Part shown: in pieces, positions 36,601-48,450 of the stretch
Position numbering within the stretch: the stretch's first letter is position 1
How the letters are laid out: every line of letters starts with the position of its first letter
Origin: Callorhinchus milii
Lineage: Eukaryota
Direction: 5' to 3'
DNA: 64,000 bases
Assembly (NCBI RefSeq): GCF_018977255.1
Contig: NW_024704742.1
Coordinates: forward strand, 868,001 to 932,000
Translations under genes and position numbers: made by a program
The notes under the pieces: model-generated
The model's input: the letters and a program-made list of their open reading frames with translations, nothing else
Databases searched by the model: none
What the model was told of the DNA's origin: nothing

Positions 36601-37229
36601 CGTCCTGATTGGCTCGCGCCAGCGCCTCCGCACCTCAGGCGCTGGCAGCATCAGCCTCCACGGCTGCACACTCAACCTCACTAAGCCAGTCAGGAACCTG
36701 GGGGTCTTGGTTGACCCTGAACTGTCCTTTCTCCCCACCATCCGCACCATGACCAGCACTGCCTACCACCAACTCCGCAACATTGCCAGACTCCGCCACT
36801 GCCTCACCCCTCAGGCCCCCAAACCCTCACTCACGCATTCATCACCTCAAGGCTCGATTACAGGAACTCCCTCCTCATCGGCCTTCCCAACTCTTCCCTT
36901 CACAAGCTGCAGATCATCCAAAACTCTGCAGCTCGTGTACTCTCACGCATCAATCTCCGTGACCCCATCACTCCCACCCTCGCCCGACTCCACTGGCTCC
37001 CCATCCCCCAGAGGATCGAGTTCAAGATCCTCATAATCACCTTTAAGACCATCCATGGCCTTACCCCCTCCTACCTCTCTGACCTGCTGACCCCCTACCA
37101 ACCTGCCCGCTCCCTCCGCTCATCAGGCTCCAGCCTACTCCATGTCTCCCGCCTGACCCGCCCTACCATCGGTGGCCGGGCTTTCAGCCTCTCTACCCCC
37201 ACACTCTGGAACTCCATCCCACGGTCCCT
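36601..37229 (+). mobile_element. L2 LINE ORF2 fragment (longest in the window; one frameshift at ~36820)
   Basis: VRNLGVLVDPELSF...AYHQLRNIARLRHCL / TLTHAFITSRLDY.NSLL.GLP...LQIIQNSAAR...ITPTLARLHWLPIPQRIEFKIL...GGRAFS...LWNSIP. Confidence 0.95.
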
Positions 37230-37854
37230 GTTGGCAATCCCACAGTTCAGACCACGTTCTAGTTCTAATCTGTGCTTGACCTAAAATGGATTCTGAGACT
37301 GAGGGCAAAAAAATATATAACATTTTCTATTTCCCAGCACCAACATCCCTCGCCTCATTGCAATCAAAACATGTGTTGAGAAGAAAGTAAGGCTGGCGCA
37401 TGATGTATAAACTGGACTGGTAGGAAAACCTGTTAAACAAGGAATTTGCTTTTTTGAACCCTTATCACAAAGTCATCTAACCAAAGATATCCGCACACTC
37501 AGCAGGAATGCAATTATTTATTTTAAAAAAAAACTTTCAAAAGAAAGTGTAATACAGTCATTAACCTGATCATGATCAGATTGATTAATATCACAAATCA
37601 CTTTCAAATGTACACACTGTGAGATGTGGATTTGGATGAAAAAAAGTCTGCTTTTAACCCATTCCCCTTCGACCATTGGTGCGAAAGGGAGCAGCGAAAA
37701 CAACTGCTGCAATTCAAAAAGGGTTCTCAGCTCTTGAAGAATTAAGGAGTTAAGGAGCCAAGGAGCAGTGTTGACCATAGGACAAAAGGTAAAAAGTTAG
37801 GGGGAAGTTTTTGGGCGCAGCGTCTTGTCTCGCTGTGAGTTCATCCCTGTGAAT

Positions 37855-38087
37855 TTCGCGCTTTCAGCCACTATGCCCCAAAGCTTTGGAACTCTCTCCC
37901 CCCCAATCCCTCACCTTGTCCCCTCCTTCCCCTCTTTTGGATCATGCCTGAAGACCTTCCTCTTCAAACGTGCTTACGGTCACTTCCTTCATCCCCACCA
38001 GGTCAGGGTTAGGCTCCAGCATTCTTAAGCGCTCTGAGGCACTGCCCTGCCTGAAGGTGCTGCATACATGCAAGTTGTTGTTGTTGA
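37855..38087 (+). mobile_element. L2 3' end
   Basis: FGSCLKTFLFKRAY plus tail ending (GTT)n. Confidence 0.85.
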
Positions 38088-38295
38088 ATCCACTCTAGTT
38101 GAGGTCTTGATGCTAGATATTAGTGCCTCGGGGGAGGTACCATGAGAAAACCTGGCTCTGCCCCACAGAAAGGGAGGGGAACAGGTTCACACATTGCTCT
38201 GGGTCTCTCTTTACCCACTTCCTAATATCTGTTCCAAAAGCAGCATTTTCAAGGGCTGAGGTGAAGTGGAGTCAAGACATGATAATTAAAGCAGC

Positions 38296-38401
<106 letters not shown>

Positions 38402-38474
38402 CAAATACTTAAATTTATTTTATTTAAAAAAAATAGGCTCAATTTAATTTCAATAAGTAATCGCAAGATTGGTT

Positions 38475-38915
38475 TGGAGAAAGAAGGCCTTTCATGCAGG
38501 GTCATGTCATCCCCCGCAGCCCGGCCAGCTTACCATCTTCCCAACACGGCATCACGCTGCTTTGTAAATGAATCCAATATCTTGGTCTCTGCCATCCTTT
38601 CTGGTAACCTATTCTAGTCGTTAATTGCTCGCTGGGTAAACAAAGACTCCCTGGTATCTGTCCTGAACAACTCTAGACCTATGTCCTCTTTTTCTACTGT
38701 CTTGGGGAATCCTGAAATATTGTTTGTGGTTTACTTTTTCCGTCCCATTTCAAATGTTATACACGTCTATAAGGTCCCATCAGAGCTGTTTTCTCTAAAT
38801 ACAGAAGAGTGCTCCTTTGCCTAATCGTTGCTCTAACACTGCTCATCCTCCTTGTTCTCTCCTGTCCTGTCACTAGGCTCTGGACAGTCCCCCTTGAGTT
38901 GCAATGACCAGAACT
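38475..38915 (-). mobile_element. CR1 LINE fragment
   Basis: Minus-strand ORF2 C-terminal remnants and 3' UTR; paralogous to 43900-44232. Confidence 0.75.
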
Positions 38916-39124
38916 GTAAATGCTAAAGGCAGAACATTTGCAGGCTAAGTTAATTTGCCTAGCAAAACACTTAGATAAACAAACAGATATACGTAATGGA
39001 AATTACAGGGAACTATTTCACATAACGAAATGCAAATCTTACTCTGATGGTTTGATGCAAATTTGTGTTTTAAATATGAAATTTGTGGGGAAACAAGAGC
39101 CAGGAGGGTTGGTGAGATCTGAAC
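38883..39124 (+). repeat. Local duplication unit, copy A (~240 bp)
   Basis: Near-identical to 44197-44433 and similar to 43658-43855. Confidence 0.92.
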
Positions 39125-39137
39125 CTTTTTGTTTCTG

Positions 39138-39640
39138 GGCCCAACTCTTCCCTCCACAAGCTGCAGACCATTCATATCTCTGCATCTTGTTTCCTCTCCC
39201 GCACTAAGCTGCGTGAACCTACTCTTGCCCGGCTCCACTGGCTACTCATTCGTCAAAGGATGGAGTTTAAAATCCTCGCCCTCACTTTTAAAGCCCTCCC
39301 ACGGCCTTGCTCCTCCCTATCTCTGTGACCTATTAACACCACATCAACCTGTCCGCTCCCTCCGCTCAGTGTCCCCCGTACTACCTGCCAGACCATTGGC
39401 AGTCGGACCTTCAGCTTTTCTGCCCCCACCCTCTGGAACCCCATGCCAGAGCCCCTCCGCCTTGCCCCCTCCCTTGCCTCCTTCAAAGCCTATCTCAGAC
39501 TTTCCTCTTTTGGCCACTCTCCCAACCCTCCAACCCATTTGATTCCAACTCCCAGCTCGAGTGCAAACCCTTAAGCGCCTTGGGACATCCTTCCAAAGTG
39601 AAAGGCGATAGATAAGTGGAACATTGTTGTTGTTGTTGAT
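39138..39640 (+). mobile_element. L2 LINE 3' fragment
   Basis: LARLHWLL..RMEFKIL, HGLAPPYLCDLLTPHQPVRSLRS, and a tail ending (GTT)n. Confidence 0.9.
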
Positions 39641-39828
39641 ACTATCTCTGAGCCACGCAATTAACACTGCATAGTGTCATTCTAATTAACACTGGCAGAA
39701 GTTAAGGACAACAACAACAGCAACAACAAATTACATTTGCATAACGCTCATTGCAAACTTTACCTGATTGTACTTCATCAGCACTTTTAAAAATAATAAT
39801 CCTTGGCTTTGATACACCTTATCACAGC

Positions 39829-39951
39829 AGCGTTTCGCCCACAAATATACGGTCAATTCACTTTACAGTCTATTCCGTGAAGCGCTTTGAGACGTCGAGA
39901 AGACGTGAAAAGCGCTATATCAAATGCAAGGATTATTATTATTATTATTAA

Positions 39952-39982
<31 letters not shown>
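39829..39982 (+). mobile_element. Young SINE tail with long (ATT)n, inserted in an opposite-strand older SINE (39792-40067)
   Basis: Direct match to the other copies; the flanks are reverse-complement SINE tail. Confidence 0.88.
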
Positions 39983-40065
39983 GCCAGGCTCTTGAAAAGA
40001 CATCTCAAAGCGCTTCACAGGATACACTGTGAAGTGGTGTGACTGTGTATATTTTGTGTGGGCGA

Positions 40066-40067
40066 AA

Positions 40068-40098
<31 letters not shown>

Positions 40099-40100
40099 AT
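40066..40100 (+). repeat. (TAAA)n microsatellite
   Basis: About 8 units. Confidence 0.92.
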
Positions 40101-40631
40101 GTGCTACTTTCAAGAATGAATTTACATTTTTGCCAGTTTCTAACTTCGCTTCCTGGTGTCGGTTTTAAAGGTGAAGGATCAGTTTGAACAATAAGCAAGG
40201 GAGAGCGAGCGAGTGAGAGAGAGAGAGAGAGAGAGATTATCTTTCTGAATGGTAGTGTTAACTGATTAAAGCTCCCTTCCCTCCCCTCCCCTCCCCTCCC
40301 TCCTGCACAGCACCCTGTGTTCCAGCGAAGGTCTCCACTAAGGCTGTGGTATTGTGTTTGAAGTTTTAAATAGTTCAGAAAAACGCATTATTGGTCTGCA
40401 CCTGGTTGGTGTGTGGTTCAGTGTAACTGGCAGCTGGCTGATTCCTGGAGCTTACAATAAATTGCAAATGTTGCACAAACCTAAACATGCTGAGACCATT
40501 CGGAACTATATTTAGCTTCATCGCTCGGTAGGAATGAAAAAGCCAGTCTCACTTTGGATCTGGGGATGAGTTTGACCTAAGATAACCTCCCAGCATCAGC
40601 ATATCCCTTCCAAACAGGGTTCAACGTTCAA

Positions 40632-41010
40632 GAATAACAACTTGCATTTATATAGTGTCCCCTCACACAGGGCAGCGTCCCAGAGGGCTTGACAGGTGCC
40701 AGGGGGAACGACTCCGAGCTGGGGGGAGAGGGGAAGGTGACCAAAGCGACGGACAAATAGGAAGGTCTTCAGGCGTGACCTGAAGATGGGGAAGAAAGGG
40801 GCGAGGCGGAGGGATAGAGGAAGAGTGTTCCAAAGGTTCGGGGTGTAGCGGCTGAAACCGCGGCCAGCAATGGTGGAACGGAGGGCGCGAGGGACATGCA
40901 GGAGGCCGGAGCCAGTCGAGCAGAGGCAGCGGGTTGTGGGTTGGGGGTAAGCAGGTCGGAGAGGGAGGGAGGGAGGGAGGTGCCAGGGCATCAGAGGAAT
41001 TGAAAACGAA
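40632..41010 (-). mobile_element. L2 LINE 3' fragment
   Basis: Minus ORF GSGLLHVPRALRSTIAGRGFSRYTPNLWNTLPLSLRLAP...FRSRLKTFLF, plus tail. Confidence 0.92.
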
Positions 41011-41586
41011 AACGTTCAGAAATCCAATGCAGATGGACAGAGGAAACAATGACTTTTGAATAACGGAGCCACTTCTTGGAGAGGATTACAGAAATCCGGC
41101 TTCCAAAGTAAGACTAAATTTAGGAATTTTCCACAAAAATGGTCTCCCAGGCTTAAATTAGGCTGAATTTTAGGCCGTAGCTGGTATGAACACTGCTCAG
41201 TAAGCACTGACCCTCACTTGGCAGTCTGCTTACCTGTGTTGAGTTAGCTGATCTCAGCTTGGGTCTACAGTTGCCCTCAGTGCCTCTGATTGAAGTAGCG
41301 AGAAAGGGAAATACAACCAATGCCTCCACTCCCCAAGGCACAGTTAAGCTGAGATAAACGCATCGCCTTTAGCACTGTCAGCCACTAGTGGGGTTTCCCA
41401 TTATGGTCACATCATGGCCAAAGGTGTTATAAGTAACACTGAGCATAATTCTTACCCCAGTGATCTCTGTTGAAAAGTATATGTGTCTGTCTCAGATCGA
41501 ACTTCGTTCTGTTTACTCCTCATAAACCAGAGACTTATGCTAAAACTACTCAGGCAAAACTGCTGTATTCCCAAATACACATTCTT

Positions 41587-41786
41587 GGATTAAAACTCCA
41601 CTTAGATCTACGTTTAGTCTATTTATGTAGAATCCAGATTTTGGTAAACTGTTGAATGTTGAACCTTAAAAGAAATTTACCGAAAACGGGTTTCCAAATG
41701 AAGGAAGTCCTTCATTTGTCAAACTCTGGACGCTCTGAAATGCTACATTAATAGAGTAAATATAGATCCACATAGAATTTTACCCC
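41587..41786. mobile_element. Palindromic MITE, family A, second copy
   Basis: The right arm ACGCTCTGAAATGCTACATTAATAGAGTAAATATAGA...GAATTTTACCCC matches 16031-16087; the left arm is its degenerate reverse complement. Confidence 0.7.
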
Positions 41787-43034
41787 TTCCGGTCCCTAAC
41801 TGTCCCCAGTGATAAATAAGGAACTAACGCATTTAGCAATACCGCAGTTTAAAGCTTAAGTGTGTGGATTGAGCTGGACTGTGGTTTTGCCTCATGGTCA
41901 CTTAACTCGCTGAAACAGTACTCACGCACTGTTACAAACCCACAGGGATGAATGCCCAATTGAGCTAAGTACCAGGGGGCTGACTATAATCCATCATAAG
42001 TCATCTTTCACCAGGAAAGAAGGAATAAAAAGGGGGAAAAAATGCCGGATAAACTAATCACAGGAACAACATTTTAATGACTGTGGCAATTTCCTGGCGT
42101 GCGCCGAGGGCTGTTTCTCTGCAGGAAATCCTGTCATGTGAACTCAGAAGCATTGATTTTCATTTCCAGTGCAGTATTTCTCAGCTTTCAGTGATTTATA
42201 AAAATTCTTACAGCAGTTGCTGGATGCAGACTGCGATCTGCCTTGTAGGATTGTCCTGACTCATAAACTTGCTTAGCTGATGTCCATCCCACTGCTCCCT
42301 CTGCTCTGTAACCAGGTGCGATAATGCCCAGTCAGTATTATACTGCGCGAGGACAAGCAGAAGGAAAATGTAGACATTTTTAGTAAATTTTCAGCCACAT
42401 AGACAAATACGGACACTCACTCCTGGATTGAGAACCTGCCATTCAGCCTTCTGAGTGAAGAGGACCTGCTGTGGCTGCTGAAAAAAAATTACCCGACAAA
42501 ATTGTACTGCATTACTGTTGCTTCCCTTTAACCCTATAATTGCCATTACATTCAGTACAGTAAACTGAACATACATCCAGCCTGAATAAAGTCGGGTAAT
42601 ACTACCTGTCCAACAATTGTTTGGTCGACAAGTTACACGTTTAGACAATGTGATCAAGAACACAAGCGTTGATAAAGAGCCCGAGAGGAGATTGTTTAAA
42701 GGGCAATATCTTACTAAAACGTTTTGGCAAGCAATTGTTTCGGTTTGGTTTCTGTCTCTCCACAAGCTGGACAGCTCATGAAGAGACAGAATATAAGAGG
42801 TTATTGTACAACACCATACAGCCTATACGGGTGTAAATTGTTCAGTTTGGTAGTTTGCTGATGTAATGTCAGGTCACAGAGGGAGATTAGGAGCGCGGTC
42901 ACCAGTAGCTTTGCAACAAAACTATTCAACAAAGCAAAAGGGTGTATGTTTCTGTAAGCAGAGGATTTCAGAGGCAGATACACACATTCTGCGGTAAGCA
43001 ATAAAATATCAGCGACAAACATTGTAAGATAAGG

Positions 43035-43275
43035 AGAATCAAGGTCAAGAGGTCAGAGATCACAGGTTCAATGCCGAAAAGGGTCATTTTAGGATGGAAG
43101 CATTTCCATCCACATAAGCTAATGAATAGCTGGAATGAGTTACCAGGAGGGCGGCTGAGTCCAGGATATCAACTCGTCTAAGAAATAGCATATAACGAGT
43201 AGAGTGGATATTCGAAAAGAATCAAATTGGATGGGATGAAGGCCTTTCTTCATCTGAAATTTGTTGTGCTCTTCC
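43035..43275 (+). mobile_element. CR1 3' fragment
   Basis: Remnants of ..RDHRF..., WNELP and a CR1-type 3' UTR. Confidence 0.65.
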
Positions 43276-43657
43276 AACAGAAACTCCACACCCAATCCTG
43301 TTTATGTAGGGCTGCTCCCTCCTTTGCTGCTCTACCTCCCACCTTCTCTTGCTGGACCTTTTACCTAAGGAGCTGGGTGTTAGGCTGGTTCATTTGGTAG
43401 CACTGAGACGAAAGTGGGTTCAACCCTCCCGTTGGGACTTTGAACTCACAGAGTAGGCATTTGATATAGTGCTGGGGTGTGCTACAGTGTTGGACAGGCC
43501 TAGGTGGCAACCGAAGGTCATGATGACCAGAAATATTTTGCCCATAAAATATATATACAGTCAATTCACTTTACAGTATATTCTGTGAAGCCCTTTGAGA
43601 AGTCTCGAAGACGTGATAAAGCACTATATCAAGTGCAAGGATTATTAAATGTGAAGG

Positions 43658-43876
43658 CCAAAGGCAGAATATTTGTAGGCTAAGTTCATTTGCTTAACAA
43701 AATACTTCAACAAACAGATATTCGTAATGGGAATTACAAGGAACTATTTCATACAGTGAAATGTAAATCTTACTCTGGCGGTTTGATGCAAATTTGTGTT
43801 TTAAATATGGGATTTGTGTAAAACAAGAGCCAGGAGGGTTGGTGAGATCTGAACATTTCAAACAATCTTTCAGTGC
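43658..43876 (+). repeat. Local duplication unit, copy C (most diverged)
   Basis: Colinear with copies A and B. Confidence 0.88.
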
Positions 43877-43899
43877 CTAATTTAAAATTGAATTTGGAA

Positions 43900-44232
43900 A
43901 AATAAACTGAAATTGCCCGTTGTGACTCTAAACCTACGTCGTCTTGTTCCACTGTCGTGGGGCATCTTGAAACATTGTTCCTGGCTTACTTTTTCAATCC
44001 CATTTAAAATGTTATACACCTCTATATGGTCCCATCTGAGTTGGCTTCTCTCAAGACTGAAGAGCTCTCGCTTGCCTAATCGTTGCTGACAGGTCATTTT
44101 TCTAAGCTCTGGACGGTCGACAACAACGAAAACAACAACAACAGCAACTTGCATTTATATCGGGCGCTTCATGCGGGGTAGTGTCTCGGAGTGCTTGACA
44201 GTCCCCCTTAAGTTGCAATGACCAGAACTGTT
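43900..44232 (-). mobile_element. CR1 fragment with nested L2 tail (44119-44196)
   Basis: Minus ORF LFSLERSQLRWDHIEVYNILNGIEKV...TRRRRFRV. The L2 tail is flanked by GACGGTC/GACAGTC. Confidence 0.8.
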
Positions 44233-44461
44233 AAATGCTAAAGGCAGAACATTTGCAGGCTAAGCTAATTTGCCTAGCAAAACACTTAGATAAACAAACA
44301 GATATACGTAATGGGAATTACAGAGAACTATTTCACATAACGAAATGCAAATCTTACTCTGATGGTTTGATGCAAATTTGTGTTTTAAATATGAAATTTG
44401 TGGGAAGGCAAGAGCCAGGAGGGTTGGTGAGAACCCAACATTTTAAACAATCTTTCAGTGC
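44197..44461 (+). repeat. Local duplication unit, copy B
   Basis: Near-identical to 38883-39124. Confidence 0.92.
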
Positions 44462-44554
44462 ATCCCAAATCTCTGATGCCTCCTCCTGAAGGAGTCACAC
44501 AAATCACGAGTTGTTTCATGACTACTGAGCTATAGCAAAATAAGCCTGTCTCAG

Positions 44555-44897
44555 GTGATAGCCTGGCTCAGTGGGTAGCATTCTCACCTCAGGGTCAAAT
44601 GTTTGTGGTTTCAAGCCCCACTTTGGGACTTGGAGCTCTTAGTCTGTGAGTTTCCAGTGCCGATGTGGGGATGTGCTATATTATTGGGGATGTCGTCCAT
44701 AGGACAATGTTTGCCTATTAAGTTTAGACAGTAAAGATCCCAAGGCAGCATAAAAAAGAAAGGACTTTCTCCTGGTGTCTTAGCTAACAATCTTCCAGAT
44801 AAAATGAGACATTCACTTCATGGTTGTTTGTGGGACATTTCTGAGCGCTATTTGGTTTCTGAGTTTGTCAACAAATCCACAGTCACTACACTTTACG
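44555..44897 (+). mobile_element. Deu-domain SINE (old)
   Basis: AGCCTGGCTCAGTGGGTAGCATTCTC head plus degenerate core. Confidence 0.75.
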
Positions 44898-45676
44898 GCC
44901 ACCAATTAAAATATCTAGACCATAAGAAATATATAATAAAGTTTTAATATTGCTATGGTTTTATTTAAACGCTTATGAATATAATTGTGACATTTGCAAC
45001 ACGGGAGACATTATTTTTGAAGACTGTATTCTGTCATTTACATTCCTGGCTCCTCATCACCTGTCTCTCCACAACGGTCAGAAGCAGCGACCCAGGCTGA
45101 ATTTCTGCTAACTAACCCATGGGGACTGAGGTCAATTGTTGCACCCCAACCTGCACTCCGGTTAGAGTAGGATTTGATCCAGAAACTCCCCGGGTTATAA
45201 AACACAGAGTCTTCAGCCACTAGACCATCAAGGGAGCTTGTCGGTTTTAATATAATAACAGCTAAAGCGTGTGGGCTAATATGTTATTCATGCTCATTAC
45301 ATCAACCTGGATTAATATCTGTGAACCGCACTATTGTGGACAAGTACCAGCCTGTCATCGTGTAGCTAAGTGAGGCGCAGTCATTATAGCACAGGTACAA
45401 AGGCAACCGAACAGCCGAAGAGTTAATGAAACGAGATTTTCACGGAGAGAAGGACCCGATTTGCCAATCACGCTCTTGAGAGGTGATGGCTCCACATCTT
45501 GTGCCTCAGCACTTACACTAACCAGCCATGTCATGCACACTCATTAATAACTTATCCGCTTCCATTTTCCCCTGGGCTTGTTTTCAACATTCCTGTGCTC
45601 AGCCTGGCAAAGCACAAGTGATGTTTACACCTGTTGCAGCTCATGCAGCCAGAGGACTGGAACACATCAGAGACGG

Positions 45677-45800
45677 CGGAGGAGGAGAGGAGGAGGCAGA
45701 GGGAGGGGGGGGGGCTGAGAATGGGTGGGGGAGGAGAGGGGGGAGGGGGAGGGCGAGGAGGGTTGCGGGGGGAGGAGTGGGGGCAGTGGGGGGGTGGAGG
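45677..45800 (+). repeat. G/purine-rich low-complexity tract with G-quadruplex potential
   Basis: About ten G-runs of >=3 in ~120 bp. Confidence 0.8.
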
Positions 45801-46574
45801 AGCACTGGTGCAAAGGTCGAAGACTTTGTTCTGCAGATTTATTCAGCACAGTTGCTTCCTGTGCTTACACCTAATTGGGCCATTTGTGAAGTCGCACAAT
45901 CCTGAATGCACTTCCCACTGATTTTAAAGGCGAGCCATTTGTTAGCAGGTTAAGGCGGATGAAAAGCCCAGAGGATTAGTGTACACGGCTAAATTATGAG
46001 TCTGTGGCACATCACGTCAATGTGAGAATCAGATTGTGGGACAACAGATACACAGGACCGGGGCATTCCCCTTTATCCGGTTACTAACTGGGTTGTGACA
46101 AATTGATTCAGGTCGAGTCACCGTGTTTTTCAGCCCAGCCCCCGCTTGCTGGAAACACTGAGGTGAAAAGTGTGACGTGCGATTGGTTAATTGTTAGTGC
46201 CGTTGATTTGTGTCGCACAACAATAAAATAATAAGAATCATTGCGTATCATGCAGCAGCACAGAGGTCATCAAAACGTCTCAAAGCGCTCCGTGGGGTCT
46301 ACTGTAAAGAGTTGTGACTGAGTACTCGCAGCGCATGTAAATAATCCTTGCATCCATGCATCACAATAACAATAATCACCTTGCATATTTTGATATAGCA
46401 CCTTATCACGTCTTCAAGACGTTTCAAAGGGTAAAATACATGCTTATTATATGCAGTGGTGGCAAAATCTAAAGCCTGCTCTATGAGTGTGATCCCCCTA
46501 CAACCCCCGCATCCCCCAACCCTGTGACAACGGCTGGAGGTCAGGCCTCTTGTGGTGCCCACTGCACTTTTAGC

Positions 46575-47120
46575 TCATGGCGAGTTGGAATTTAGTTTGA
46601 GTTTAAGACCCCAGATAAACATTCTCAGGCTGCGCAGTGGTCTGGTCAGACCACACCTTAGAATACTGCATATCATTCTGATCAGCACGCCATCAGGGAG
46701 CTCACAGGAGGAGATCACCGAGGATGATCCCCGGTGTTGGAGAAATGAGCTGTAAGCCACGATGAGACTTTGCCGGGGCTCTTAAGTCTGGAGAGAAGAC
46801 AGAGAAGGCCTCGTGGAGGTGTACAAAATGCTTAAACGGCATTGAAAAAGTAAATCCAGATCATTGCTTAAAGATGTATCACGACAGAAGAACAAGAGGG
46901 CATAGATTTAGAGTTGCAAAGGGCGATTTCAGGACAGACACCGGGAAGTTTTTCTATATGCAGAGGCTAATCAATGGTAGGAACAGGTTGTCAGGAAAGG
47001 TGGTAGAGGTCAGGGCTCTTGAACAATTTAAAAAGCAGCTTGGTAAAGTGATGGGGAAATGGTAAGGGATGAGATCAATTGGGTCAAAGGGCCTTCTTCA
47101 CCCAGACTAATCTTGTGATC
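46575..47120 (+). mobile_element. CR1 LINE 3' fragment
   Basis: LVRPHLEYC, RMIPG and NGIEKVNP...RTRGHRFRV.KGDFRTD.GKFF..QR.IN..N.L...VVE....FKKQL motifs, plus 3' UTR. Confidence 0.9.
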
Positions 47121-47499
47121 GTGCGAAGCGAAGTGCTGGTTTGCAGATTATCAATTTAACCCGACAAAATTCAATCAGGGTTAATTCAGGATCCTGCCAA
47201 CTTTGATCAAGAGCAATGCAATACGATTGCAGGAGGTGACAGGATTTACATGGAAATGGGATTAAGGGCAATGCTTTTCAATACTTAAAAACTTGCCAAA
47301 AAATCAGAATGAAATTGCAGTCGTACTTCTCTACTCTCTGAAGGGCACTTACATTTGAAAATCAGAAGGTCCACTTGGTCTAAGTCGCTGCCAAACCAAA
47401 ACCCTTTTCGGGAATATTTCTATGGCAGGTGGCTCATATTTCTACTGGGTGAATCTGTAACTAACTTAAATGTTTTCTGTCGGGTACTTATCCAGAGGT

Positions 47500-47780
47500 C
47501 TGCAGCCCATGTCCTCTCTTGCACGAGGCTGTGAGAGTCCAGCACCCCTACCCTCGCTCAACTCCACTGGCTCCTCAATGCTCGAATTCAAGATCCTCGT
47601 CCTCACTTTCAAATCATTCCACGACCTTGTCCTGTCCAACCTCTGCGACCTCCTGCAGCCCTATCATCTCAGCCCGATTCTTCTGCTGAGCAAACACTAG
47701 ACTGCTTCATGTCACCTGTCTGACAATCGGAGGGCGAGCTTTCAGCCATTCTATCGCCGATTTCAGGAACTCTATCCTCG
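47500..47780 (+). mobile_element. L2 ORF2 fragment
   Basis: LAQLHWL, EFKILVLTFKSFHDL..SNLCDLLQPY and IGGRAFS. Confidence 0.8.
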
Positions 47781-47784
47781 GGAT

Positions 47785-47907
47785 GTTAACGTTTCAGGTC
47801 GATGACCTGACAAAATGTTATCGACCTGAAACGTTAACTCACTTTCCTCTCTCCATAGATGCTGCCTGACCTGACCTGCTGAGTGTTCCCAGCGACTTCT
47901 GTTTTTA
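47785..47907 (+). mobile_element. Penelope-like element terminal repeat fragment with inverted arm and decayed minimal hammerhead motif
   Basis: 22-bp inverted arms (GTTAACGTTTCAGGTCGATGAC / GTTATCGACCTGAAACGTTAAC), a CTGACAA...GACCT-GAAACGTT core, then CTCTCCATAGATGCTGCCTGACCTG as recalled for shark PLE ends. Confidence 0.6.
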
Positions 47908-48029
47908 CCATAGAAATATAATATTGTCATCCAATCCAGATTTAACATACCTTGGTGCAGAATGCAAATGAATTTTAAATGAAACCTGTTGCAATGCTCC
48001 CATGATTAACCGTGTCATTCAATGTTTCT

Positions 48030-48450
48030 GTGTGGCTCACCTCTACTCTCTTGCCTCTGGGTCACAGGTTACGGGTTCAAACGTATTGGGGACTTTAAGC
48101 TCCAGGACTTAGCTGATACTCCACCTTGTGTTGAGGACTGCTGCGTTATCGGAAGTGAATTTGCATCATTCAAAAGAGGCATAAACTGACATGCCATCTG
48201 CCTGTTCAGAAAGACATCAAAGTACCCATACACTATACGAAAAGAGAAAGGAGTTTCTCCCGGTATCCTGGCCAACAACCCGTTGGAGAGATCGATCGGT
48301 CACTTCAGGGTGGTTTGTGGGATATTGCTGTGCACAAATTGGCTGCTACATTCACCCACAAAATACACAGCCACTATATTTAACTCTACTGACTCTGACG
48401 TGCTTCATTTTGAAATTATGGACGATATGTCAAATGCAAGGATTGTTATT
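48030..48450 (+). mobile_element. Deu-domain SINE, near full length (old)
   Basis: Head CTCTTGCCTCTGGGTCACAGG...GGGTTCAAA, core TTTCTCCCGGTATCCTGGCCAACAA, and tail. Confidence 0.8.

Noticed and set aside
38920..39207. Duplicated ORF MLKAEHLQAKLICLAK... (also at 44235) as a paralogous small protein
   Set aside because: Identity is explained by recent DNA duplication. The third copy has an early in-frame TAG, the C-termini run into unrelated sequence, and the ATG lies at a CR1 junction.
40487..40533. Alternative first exon MLRPFGTIFSFIAR|gtagga
   Set aside because: The donor is weak, there is an upstream out-of-frame ATG, and nothing else supports it.
42778..42861. MKRQNIR resembling the KCNK3/KCNK9 N-terminus (MKRQNVR)
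   Set aside because: Similarity stops after 7 residues and the frame ends at 27 aa without the TLALIVC transmembrane segment.
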